Assembly (NCBI GenBank): GCA_004764695.1
Contig: SMSO01000014.1
Location: 6,500,029 to 6,564,028, forward strand
Length of the DNA: 64,000 nucleotides
Source of the DNA: Schizochytrium sp. TIO01
Lineage: Eukaryota > Protista > Bigyra: Labyrinthulomycetes
Direction of reading: 5' to 3'
In this document: in pieces, positions 45,039-56,788 of the stretch
Layout: the number at the start of each line of letters is the position of its first letter
Numbering within the stretch: position 1 is the stretch's first letter
Notes under the pieces: model-generated
The model's database searches: none
What the model saw: the letters and a program-made list of their open reading frames with translations, nothing else
Told to the model about the DNA's origin: nothing
Translations under genes and position numbers: made by a program

Positions 45039-48000
45039 CTTGTTATTTTTTAGTGTAGCACTTGAATTCTTTCGGGGGTTCTCGACTTGCGGATTTGCTT
45101 GCGTGTGAGTTCACTCGTGTTGACTCGAGTTTGCTTTAGCCGAATTAGTTGTTGCGGGATTGCTTTGCAAGCTTTTCTCAAGATGAACTTTCTAACCTTA
45201 CTATTTCTGCCAGTGTATGATATCCATTTCAGCCTGGATTCAAGACTTTGTTGCCCATCTTCGTTTAAGTGAAGATCTAAAATGGTATTTTGACCAAGAG
45301 ACTGTGAAGTCCAAGTACAAAGGTCAGATAAGTCTCTTGGAGAACAAAGAAAGTAAAGACACTGACAAAGAAAAAAAAGATGCGCGCGCGCTCAAGCTAA
45401 GACTGTCTCTGTCATGGAGTTACAATCCAACCAACCTAAAGTACCTTCTCCTTAGGAAAATCTGCATGTGTCTCACCGCAAGACTGGCTACTCTCGACTT
45501 TCCTTTTAATATAATAAACCAAGATTCCCTCTACAACACCAGTTTGTCCCGCTTCTGTGGTCCAAAGTCTCTTGCGACTATCTTGGAAGCGCTGGACCGT
45601 CGAAGGCTCTTTGTTCGTCGCAAAGAGCCATCAACAAATCCCAGCTTAGTTCCAGGGGAGGGAAACTAGAGTGCAGAACAAAAGGGGAAAACCTATGAAT
45701 GGGAATGGTTTGGGTGCGTGCGTACGTGCGTGCGTGAACAATCTATGGCGGCCTTTGTTCGAAAGTCTACAACTCCTTCTCATGAGCTAATGTTATCTAG
45801 GTCACCCATGCACCATAAGCTCGAGTTACTTATCGGTTAGTAGGTAGGCAGGCAGGTACATGCTGTGCTACCCATAGTTCAAAGTCTCTTGTGACCATTT
45901 CAGTAATAACCCGCCACTCCGTCTTCTTAGTATCTTTTTGTGCTGCGCAGAGGTATTCAACTCGAGAAGCAGTTGGGAGAATCAATCATTACAGATCTCG
46001 CCAAGTATACAAGTCTCTTTGTTCATCTGTCGTCCTGTTGCAGGCATCCTGGTAGGTAGGGTTTCTGTAGCGAAGCAATAGAAAAGGTGCTGGGACGAAG
46101 AACGAGAGCCGAGAAAGTTTATTGTTAAATGCTCTAAAGTGTCAGTAAATTGTCCAGTAGAACTGTATAAGTATTGTACCGACTAAAACAGCTTTTGATC
46201 TGGAAAAGTGCATAGATATCAGCACTTGAAGACTGCCACGAGAAGCTATTACGATTAGTTCCAGGATAGAGTACACTGCATACAGAGCTTCAGAACTTGA
46301 GGCTTCAGACAATGTTGGATATGGTACTATCTCGTAGTCTGAATTCCTGTGTGTGAGAAGATTGAATTGGACAAGAGTTAATGCCATTTCTATGAGGGTA
46401 TCTTTGGTGGTGGAGCGGAGGTGGTTTGAAGAAGATGTCCGCAAGATGACTGCGCCAGGTTTCACGACTGTACAGTCGTCAACTTTGGATACCTGTGTTG
46501 CAGAGTAAATCGCTCGGGGATATTGCTAGGATGGGCCGCTATAACGAATGTATTATTTGAAAAAACGTACTTAGTACTTTGTGTTTGCTTCCAGCAAACA
46601 CTGAGAAAGGTGGGCGCAGGTGTAAAGATATTGTGTTTGTAACTTCCTAAAGTAACACTTTAAAATGATGATGCGTGAACATAGAAACGTTCTATTGGAA
46701 TGCGCCGGATCCAACCTGAGCTCTGGAGAGATCAATAAAGTGCCAACAGAAACCATTATCTCGAAGAATTTTAGCTTTTACGCTCTTGGGCTCCTTTATT
46801 TCTGCGGCGCTTTGTTATAGCCTCTCATGAACCACTGGCTCATGAGAAGGGTGTCTTCCTAATAAAATATTTAACCAAATCTCTCTCTTTCTTATACTAC
46901 ATTCGCCTAGCTTCACACCACTTGCAGTTATTGCCACACCCGGCAACCTACAATACTAGCTCTATAATCTATATGAATATCGAAAAAATCTATCATATGC
47001 TTATGGATTACTAGATAAATACAGCACCACAAAGTCAGAATTCTGTGTTAGAATTCTGTGGGAGGGAAAGGCACTCGTCTATATCGAAGGTGCGTCGACA
47101 CGGAAGTTGTGTGTCTCAAGTTTCTAAGCAAAACGGGGCTAAAACACAGCTTTAGACTGACTTATACCGAACAAAGAACGTGTTTGTAGGATATGGAATT
47201 ACGATGAAGCATATCAAAGCAGTTACACAAGTCCAATTTGAAAATAACATGCATTGGATAACTTTATGCAAAGTAGACTGGATAATTCGGAATCCGAGAA
47301 ATCATTTACGTGTTAACTTTAAAATCAAGCACCGTGCTCATAATGTTATGTGAGCTGGACAACTTGAAGTGCAAAGGGGATGGAGGAAGAGAATAGGGGG
47401 GGATAAGGCCTGCCTCAGACAAATTACCGGTTATTCGTTGGGATAGTTACTCGGTAATTTGGAAATATGGATTGTGTGTGCATATGTAGTTTTGGACGTG
47501 AGATACTCGCGGAAATTTCAAATTTAATAATTTCAAGATTTTAAGATTTCTGAGATTCTTTATTCTTTTGACGTGAATTCTGCGGAAGCTAATAATCAAA
47601 CGGTCATGTATACGGGACATTACCAAGGTTCTTGACACCATCATAAGTCCTAAACTGTGAGGACTTATATGTGATAAAAACTTGGCTATCAGATACAAAG
47701 GCTAAGGGGAAATAAACTCAAGAGTGCACTTGTACTAGGCAATCGAAGGATTTCTGAGGGCAAACCTAAATTTATGGTTGAGGAATCAAATTAACCAATT
47801 CCTTTGGTTTTTGTATATGACAGGTGAAGGTTGTCGTAGTCTTCTAACTGAATATAAACAAGCCTACCGGGTTGTTTATCTCAAAACTTTGCATACAGCT
47901 AAGTCTATAAGTCTTTTTATACAATGTCTTCTTAAGCTCTGAAGTTTTATCATGTATGTGCTCCTTGCGCTCATCTTCCCAGTCAACCTCTATCTGATTA

Positions 48001-49265
48001 GGGATTAACTTTTAGCAAACTCGCACATATTCACTTCTTCTCACAATACCGTAATTATCTATGACACCGTTCACTGAGGCTCCTCTAAAGTAGACTAGTC
48101 CTGCTTTTTTGAAATGAATGATCATGGTATACACTCGTCTGCTATTACAAGTCATTTGGGCATAGCAATTTGCAAATTTCTACCAGGCTGAGCTATTAAA
48201 TGTGAAACTATAAATTTGCAGGATCTAGAGTATTATGAAAAAAAAAAAAACGTTATTGAGAAGAAAATTACCTTGATTCCATCTGCCAGCCAACATATTT
48301 TTCAAGTAGAAAAGGATAAAGCAACGTCCATGCCTAACCCTTTTCTTATAATCATTAATTGAAGGGTCATTTGAACACAAAACACTGCTCCAGGTCTTGG
48401 CGGACCATCAGATCGCAAAGTCGAAAATGCCAAAGTTTACTAAGCCTCTAGCGATTCATTCTGTCTATACATAGAAAATTATCAAGAGATTCAACCTCCA
48501 AAATACCAGCGTCCATACCACTCATTCCAATCCTCAATATATGCTCTTCTCTTCTCACCCCATTCGTCCAATAATGCAAATACCAATATAAAGTCGTCCA
48601 TTCGACAAAATATGCCCATACGTTCGATTGCCAATCAGATGCGAATCAGAATCACAAATGAAACATAGAGCGTCACCTCTTGCGAATACAAATACAAGCA
48701 TTATCCCAATATGTGCAACGGCTAAATTCGCGACCATGCCACAATGTGTGCGCTTCTTCTGTACGACCAATGCTCTCCACCATTCATAGAAGATCTGTAA
48801 ATCGGTTTGGGGTTCCCACAGATCGAACAATCCCACATTTTGATTCTTTGATTCTTTTCTTATTATTGTTATACATGTACCTCTTTCTACCGAAACACGC
48901 TTCTAACTACCCGTTTGTCTCAACCTTCACAAGGTAACGTACATAGCAAGTTATTCTAAAGTTTGAATTTAACTGTCAGGGTTTTTATTATTGTTTAACA
49001 GCTCGGTGTTTACGGAAGATAGCCAATCATGAAGACCAAGCTTTCTCTTCGCCTACTTGAGTGCTCACTCACGTAAAAGAGGTACAGAAACAACCTGTGA
49101 TTGGCGAAAGTTGGGGTTAAATGAAGTAGCTGAGCAATGCACCTGGTTACTTTGCTCCCTAACCTAACCACTGGTTAGGCTAGCAAAAGCATGAAAATTA
49201 AGAATATTACAGAACTTTGGGGTCTTAATACGACTAGGCCTTTGCTACAAATGTAAACTAGTACT

Positions 49266-49710
49266 CACGACAAAGTAGTACATCCTAATCAAAGAACCTC
49301 CATTTGAAGAATCTGAACAACAACCTTCACGACAGCTCTACTATTCACGACAAATATATCTTCTGTCGTTCATTTGGATGACAGAGTACGACTAAGCTCA
49401 TAGAGAATAGTTAACCTCAATTATCCAACTTTTTCAGCATGCACGACAGTACTTAATACTGGAAAAGCGAAATTAAAAATGTTGAACTACCAATCATAGC
49501 ATCCAGCTACGTGACATATGCACGACAAAACTAAGACCGCCCCAATGGGTGTATGAATGATCGAGCTCTGTCGTGCTCAAATCAAGACGGTGTCGTAACC
49601 GTAGGAAACGAAACGAAAGACACCAGTGCAAACAAGGATAATCATCCCATTTACGCTTATGCATGGTAGGTACCTTCGTATGTGCTAAGTAAAAGGATGA
49701 ACAGCACATT
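49266..49710. promoter_or_regulatory. Non-coding module with clustered CACGACA motifs (copy B), ~1.1 kb past the stop of ADH copy 5
   Basis: CACGACA at 49266, 49328, 49346, 49442, 49521; reverse TGTCGTG 49569; TGTCGTT 49364; TGTCGTA 49591. Regulatory role is inference. Confidence 0.55.
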
Positions 49711-50475
49711 TGCAGAACCCATTTTAGGTAAACTGCACACCTTTTCAGTGAACGACAGTCTGATCCCATCTAGCAAGCTGGGCTCTCTCTCTTCATAGAA
49801 ATATGTACTACTACTATGTATGCAAGGATTTCATAATCTTGGCATCGATACAGCCATCACGGTTGTTCTAATCTGATATAGAATGACAAAATAATACTGT
49901 TCCTTTATGTACCCTAGGTACCTACGTCTTTATACGGGACACTAAGCAACTGGCCCCTTGCGCTTAAGAGGGTATCATGATGTTCTGTTCTGTAGTGTGC
50001 TGACTCTGGCAATGGTCGAGCAGAAGTACTAGAGGTATGCAATAGATGATTTGATGAAGAGGAACCATCTGAAGATAAAGTGTTAGATGTAAGCGAGCTG
50101 GAATAGAAAGTATCAAGTTTTGAAGCTGAAGTACCAAATGGTGGGAATCCCTCAGGAGTGTACGAGCAACACGAGCAGCGCCATGAGTTTGATCTTGAGC
50201 ATAGCGACTTCAAAGTCAACAAGGTTCTTTTAAAATAGTATGCAATGTTAATTTTCGTGTAGTAGATGAAACATTTGCAGCTTTCCTGTTGTATGGAAGA
50301 ATCTCTGGATGCTAATAATTGTTATCAATACTTACGAAAGTTAAATACAAGACCTCTTCTTTAAAGCGCCCAGCAAATCTTCAGACAATTCAATGTAAAT
50401 TCAAATCTCAAATGTCAATGCGAAACTAGTGATTAAGAAGCTTAAAATACGAGGTTAACCTAGAGGGAAATTTCT

Positions 50476-51556
50476 TTACTTAAGGGATGCAACGTCGATG
50501 ACAAAGCGGTAGCGGACATCAGCGGACTCCATGCGCTTGTATGCTTCATCAACGTAGTCAGCCTCGATGAGCTCAGTGTCAGGAATGACGTTGTGCTCCG
50601 CACAGAAGTCAAGCATCTCCTGAGTCTCGGCAATGCCACCAATACAGCTGCCAGCGAGCGTCTTGCGTCCAACAATCAAGCTGAAAGTGATAAGATCAAG
50701 AGGAGCGGGCACGCCACCGACCACAATGAGCTTGCCGTTGTTGTGAAGGAGACCAAGGTACGCTCCAAGGTCGTGCTTAGCAGAAATAGTATCAAGAATA
50801 AAATCAAAAGAGTTGGCAGCACTCTTCATCTCCTTCTCGTCCTTCACATCAACGTAGTCATGAGCACCAAGCTTGAGAGCATCCTCCTTCTTGGCAGTGC
50901 CACGAGAGAGAACAGTCACATTAGCACCCATGGCGATACCAAACTTAACAGCCATGTGTCCAAGGCCACCAAGACCTGCCACAGCAAAGTTCATACCCTT
51001 CTTCAGGCCATAGTACGCGAGCGGAGAGTAGGTAGTGATACCTGCGCAGAGAAGAGGAGCAGCAGCAGCAAAGTCGAGGTTGTCAGGGACGTGGAAGAAC
51101 AAAGTCCTCGTCACATACATAGCCGGTGGAGTATCCACCAAAAGTCTTGGCGCCCTTCTCAGGGTGGTGGTCAAACTTGTAGTGATCGTTGTAAGTCTGT
51201 ACCATGCCCTTCTCATCCTCGCAGAGCTGCTCGTAGCCGTCCTTGCAGCTGGGGCACTTACGGCAAGAGTCAACCATGCAGCCAATGCCGGCCTTGTCGC
51301 CGACCTTGAACTTGGTCACATCGCTACCGACAGCACGGACAATGCCGACGATCTCGTGGCCGGGGCACATTCCAGGGCCGCTGAAGTCGCTGCCACCCCA
51401 TTCGTTCTTGACTTGGTGGACATCACTGGCACAGATACCAGCGTACTTGATATCGATATCGACGTCCTTGGGTCCGAGAGCGCGGCGCTCGAACTCCTTC
51501 TTGACAAAGGGTGCACCAGCGCTCTCGGCGAAGAGACCTTGGACAGTGCGGCTCAT
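50476..51556 (-). CDS. CAD/YahK-like NADP(H) alcohol dehydrogenase (copy 5) with a single +1 frameshift at ~51094 (likely consensus artefact, otherwise a pseudogene)
   Basis: ORFs 51083-51556 and 50476-51285 join into a full-length enzyme; gacgtGGAAgaac here vs gacgtGAAgaac in copies 2/3 and gacgtGGAgaac in copy 4. Confidence 0.9.
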
Positions 51557-54500
51557 TTTATACTGTTGCGCTCGGGAATTTACGAAAATATGGGATAGCT
51601 TTACCTTTTTTGGTTTTGCTTACTGGTTTTGGAGACCACATGCCTACTTCCCCGAAGGGATGCGTCGGGGTAGTATCGAGATTTCAAAAGTACTTTTTAA
51701 TCCTTTTCTAGAGGCCCAGCTTCAAGGTGTCCTGCATTAAACTGTCGTTTTACCTTCTTCCTGAAATTGATCGTCAATAGGTGCACTGCTATGATCTCTA
51801 ATAGGCTGAGAGGAACTCTCATGGAAGTGGTATCAACTCTGTTTCTACCTATGCGGCATGGCGTGTATCACACGAGAATGCTAAACTCAGATAGCTTGAT
51901 TGTTATCGATTAAACCCCCAAACGTTGCTTCGCGATCTTCAGCAACAGTGAGGGATTGACATAGATTAGTTCGTCCCTTTCCCCATTACAGGCACCTAGA
52001 TAGCGCCAATCAGCATCCTACCGACTTCTAGGCACTTACGTTTGATGTACATCAGATACGAATGGCAGCGTACTCAAAAGCAACTTTGAAATCTATAAGC
52101 ATGCGACCTTCAAGTTGGGCTGTAAAGATGTGTACTGTTGATTCACCCAACGCCATGACGATGATGATGATGATGAAGAGCAGCAATCTTGAGCTCTGAG
52201 GAGATAAGAACCAAGTGCATTGGCTCTGTACAACTGCACAAAGTCTTCGGGAAGACAGCGCCGGAGTGATGGGGTAAACCTGGATAACGATGGCTCTTCC
52301 TAGCCTTGCATTGCTTCTCACAGGGTCACTATCATGGTGCCAAAATGCCTAGTTTGGACTCCTCGCAACCTGGTTTGTATTACATTCTCTGATGGCGTAA
52401 TTTCATGGGAGAAAGGAGCCACCGTCTGCAGTACGCTGTATTATGGAGAGTAATATGCGCAATGAACGCTCTTCTCTCCTTCGCGCTTCAAGAAAAAAGT
52501 ACATTTCAACGACCCTTTCGCTTATCCGCTGCACCATGCCTTTTCGCGCGTAACTACTTGTGCATATTACTGCTAATAATCCCTCGCTTGACTATTTTCC
52601 ACTTTTGACAATGATGGGAGTCGAGACAACCTAAGTCATAGAACTTGAGCAGATCTATAGACAGAACGACTGAATCTACCGTTGTTTGCGGCCCAAGTAC
52701 CCGGATTTCCATAGGGTGTGCTCTGAGCGAGTAGCGAAACTTTGTTACCGACTGTTAGTCAGTCTGACTAGCATCATCACACGCTTGCCTTTCAAGCACT
52801 GGCATGAATGCGGGCGTTTTCAAGGCTTGCTCCTGCGGCGAATTCTGGCACTGGGCCTGGTCAGAGCACCAGCATCTTTCTGCAAGGCCGCTTCCTTCGA
52901 ACTTCTTACCCCCCCACTCTTTGAAAGCCCTCCTATAGACATGGCGCTAGTGCTAGTGCTGCCCCGGTTTCCTCGTCCAAGTACGGCTAGATACACTCAA
53001 CAGCTGCTGCAGCATTCTGGCGTGCGGATACGGCAACCTGGAGGAAATCTGCTCAACTGTTATGCGACGAAGCGCTTTCGTTCTAACCTTGAGCTGAGCG
53101 ATTGTCGTTCTTCGGGCTGAGTGTCTGCTCTGAAACGTGTGACTGAGGTGCAGAGGGGGTTCCCGGGCCAGCAGTCACTCTGCTTCCCTCGCGTTCTGTC
53201 AGTTCTTCGTCTTCGGAAAACGTAATGCAAAGAAGGGGAAAGATAGAGATCGATCCTCTTTCCTTCCTCTCAGAGGCGCCAAGGTCCGCGGAGACCGCAA
53301 ATTGCCTTTGCAAGCAATCTATTGCACACGTGGAGCCATTACGACTTCAGCGGAGGCAAGTAAGAAGGGAGACGTACGCTCGAACCTTTAGAGCGTTGCT
53401 GTGGAGCTCGTCTGCCTCGCCAGTCGTGCTTCAACGCTCCGCTCTGCGTCCACAACGTCCCTGGTCTACGCCCCTGTGGGCTGCAGCGGCGTGGTACGAC
53501 ATTCTGCAGTGCCGAGCCCGCACCGCAGGTACCTACGCGTGCTCTTTCGCAGTCCCTCGCAGACCTTGCTTGCAGCCTGGCAAGAGCGGGTATCCAATGG
53601 ATAGGCAGGCAGTCAGTCGGGAAGGTGCCTTGCCTACCTCCAACCCAGGAAGACGGACCTCGATATCCTCAGACCGCCGGTGTAGCAAATGCGCCCCTCA
53701 GAAGCAGCCGCCCCCCAGGGCCAGAGCGCAAGTTCAGGCCCTTGCGCCTCCTGCTGGATCTCTTTCTCCTTTTGCGGCCTTTCCCTGGATTAGCCCCGAC
53801 TTGCGAGCTATCTCGACCTCGACGCAGTCTGGATCCAATTCGACTCAAGCCGCCTCCCCCCAAATGTCAGGCCTCGGCGCCTTTGGTGCATCGCGGCAAA
53901 GGCCATTGAGCGACGACGGGTTTACAGCGAAGCGCGTCCTCCGCAGAATTACTCGCCCGAATGCACGCCAGAGAGGCACAGTGCAAGCCGCAGGGCGTCC
54001 AGCAGGCAACGAGGCCCTCGAAGCCATCAGTAAGCGAGGCTTGGCTTCGTGTGTATCGGCAGCAGCAACGTTTCGAAGCAAAGCTCAGAGCAGAGCATAC
54101 CTACCAATTTGCAAGGCGCTCTTGCACGACAGAAAGCAAGCTGCTTCCAGCAAACCCGGGAGTTGCTAGCATACTGCTAGGCTCGGCCGTAAGGCGGCGG
54201 CCACGGTCTCGTGAGACAATGGGCGAAAGAATGATTATTGCCTTGCATGGCGACTCGGCTCGAGGCTTTGGCGGATTGGAGAATGCTCGAGAATATTGAG
54301 GAATAGTAAATAGAAGTGGAGGATCTGTAGGTAGATTTGTCGTTTAGGATTGATGGGGTCTTGTGAAGTGGAGGTGGAGGTGGAGTTGGAATTGCGATAC
54401 TTATTAGCCTCAGGAGGACCGATGGTGCACTTGAGTTGAAGAACTACCTCGCTCAGCGGGCACTGAGCGGGCACTGAGCGTGGGTGAGGACGACAATTAT

Positions 54501-55642
54501 GGTTCCAGAGTCGACGTGGGTCTAGACGAGAACCTTTCCAGGCTGATGGTGATAAGCTAGAACATGAAGCACCCACCGATGGTATCTGAAGGACAATGTG
54601 CTTCAATTTGCCGCTTTGGTGCGGTGTATTATGCCATAAGTTTAAAAAGAAGAGACTTGAAAATCCAATGCGGTAGTACACACAATAAAGTTGAAGCTAG
54701 TGCACAAGCAATTTTGAGGTTGATTGTTCTAATTTACAGACAATAATCTGGGTTCTCAACTAGGGTTTTTCGTAGAACTTCATTTGCACCTCAGTGCTTC
54801 TATATTCTGACATGAATCAGCTTGAGATTTCACAATCAAACCAAAACAATCAATCGGAATTGCCTCTGACTAATTATAGTTAGTTTGTCTTAAGTTCTGT
54901 GGGGAGATAATATTAGCTAGTGAATCCTTGCAGGCATACGCTGAAAAGGCAGAACTCCCTTGAAGTAATCGCATATCGAGTGAAGAGATTCGAAAATAGA
55001 CTAATGCAGAGACTCGTTGTGTAAAGGAAACTGTTTGGGATCAGCAACTTTGTAAATATTTGCTTCAAGATGATCGTGTTTTTTTGTCTATAAAAGCTTG
55101 GCATTGGCAACTTCGTGGTCATTTGCTATTTCAGCTCGAAGGGGGGAGCTTGAAGCTGCATAATTTAATGAGCGGCTGTCATTTTGAAGTTTAAGATTTA
55201 TTGAAACACTCTTCGTATTATCGTTAATCTGATTGTCCGGGACGCTCCAACATAAAAATGTTAACATCAAAAGAGCGAATGAGTGAAGAAGTCCATGGGT
55301 TGAGATTAAGTGATTCTTGCTTTGTCACTCATTAGCGCTACATCAAACCTAGGGGCTGAAAGATATATTCCCTCTCCTCCTGTAAAATTATCCAAATTGA
55401 AAAGAATTTCACATGTTCGCTAGAGCGTGTGTGCGCAACTTTTGCAGTTGAAAGCGACTTGCACCCACCAAATTACCCACACTAGAGGATTTTTCTTTTT
55501 CTTAAAGATGGTGCTTCATTCAGGACTGCCACACTCTCGCTCAACCTAATGGCTCAAATTAATCGATCATGGAGGAGCAAAACCAAAACCAAAACTCGAA
55601 TCAACGCCAAATCGGATTCTCAAACGAGAACTGATATACTCT

Positions 55643-56788
55643 ATGCACCTTTTCCGACACCACGACCACCATAAGCACCACCCCCACCATCACGAAGTAG
55701 AAGAAGATCCAATGCCCCGCATCGTTCAAGGCCTTTTTGTTGAAGAGGCTGATGGCCCCTTCATCAAGAAGGAATTTGAACGCCGTAGACTCGGAGATAA
55801 TGATGTTGATATCGATATCAAGTATGCTGGTGTCTGCGGATCCGACCTGGCCCAAGTGACTAACGAATGGACCAACAGTGATTATAGCGGCCCCGGTATG
55901 TGCCCTGGTCATGAGATTGTAGGCATTGTGCGCGCCGTCGGTCGTGATGTCACCAAGTTCCAGGTTGGTGACCGTGCTGGTATTGGTTGTATCGTAGACT
56001 CTTGCCGGGAGTGCGTGACCTGCCGCCGTGGTGATGAGCAGCTTTGCAAGAAGACGATGGTTGGTACCTACAATGATCACTACAGATTCAACCACACTTC
56101 CGAGGATGGTGCCCAAACCTTTGGTGGTTACTCCACTGGCATTGTCTGTCTTGAGGACTTTGTTGTTCATGTTCCCGAGAGCATTGACTTTGCTGCTGCG
56201 GCACCTCTTCTCTGCGCCGGTGTCACCACCTATGCCCCTCTTCGCCATTTTGGCCTGGAGGAAGGCATGAACTTTGCCGTAGCTGGCTTCGGAGGACTTG
56301 GCCACATGGCAGTCCAGTTTGCGGTTTCCATGGGCGCCAATGTCACTGTGCTTTCTCGTGGAACTTCCAAGCGCGAAGCTGCCATGGAACTCGGAGCACA
56401 TGACTTCGTCGATGTCACGGACGAGTCTGAAGTGGCGAGCGCTGCAGATTCCTTCGATTTCATCCTGTCGACGATTCCGTTCAAGTACAATCTTGGAATG
56501 TACATATCTCTTCTCCGTGAAGACGGAAAGCTGGTCAATGTTGGTATGGCATTTCCTCCAACTGACCTTTTTCTTCCTCAACTTATCATGGGCCGCAAGA
56601 CCGTCGCCGGTAGCGTTATTGGCAGCATTGCTGAGACCCAGGAGACTCTCGACTACTGCGCGGAGCACAACATCGTGCCTCAGGTTGAGGTCATCAGCGC
56701 TGACTACATCAACGAGGCGTACAAGCGTTTCAAGGAATCCGATGTGCGTTTCCGTTTTGTCATCGATACCGAGACTCTTGAAGAATAA
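55643..56788 (+). CDS. CAD/YahK-like alcohol dehydrogenase (copy 6, inverted, most divergent) with possible His-rich N-terminal extension; alternative start at 55712
   Basis: GVCGSDLA, PGHEIVG, CRECVTC...C, APLLCAG, GFGGLGH, LSRGTSKR, DVRFRFVID. Confidence 0.95.
   Translation: MHLFRHHDHHKHHPHHHEVEEDPMPRIVQGLFVEEADGPFIKKEFERRRLGDNDVDIDIKYAGVCGSDLAQVTNEWTNSDYSGPGMCPGHEIVGIVRAVGRDVTKFQVGDRAGIGCIVDSCRECVTCRRGDEQLCKKTMVGTYNDHYRFNHTSEDGAQTFGGYSTGIVCLEDFVVHVPESIDFAAAAPLLCAGVTTYAPLRHFGLEEGMNFAVAGFGGLGHMAVQFAVSMGANVTVLSRGTSKREAAMELGAHDFVDVTDESEVASAADSFDFILSTIPFKYNLGMYISLLREDGKLVNVGMAFPPTDLFLPQLIMGRKTVAGSVIGSIAETQETLDYCAEHNIVPQVEVISADYINEAYKRFKESDVRFRFVIDTETLEE

Noticed and set aside
35900-50480. Cryptic PTS1 by stop-codon read-through in ADH copies 2-5
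   Set aside because: No TGA-CTA context, and the read-through extensions do not end in an SKL-like tripeptide
14223-56668. Long antisense ORFs over TrpE(G), the LEA-like gene and the ADHs (e.g. 14223-15182, 39342-40352, 55601-56668)
   Set aside because: Shadow ORFs caused by codon bias of the sense genes; no independent motifs
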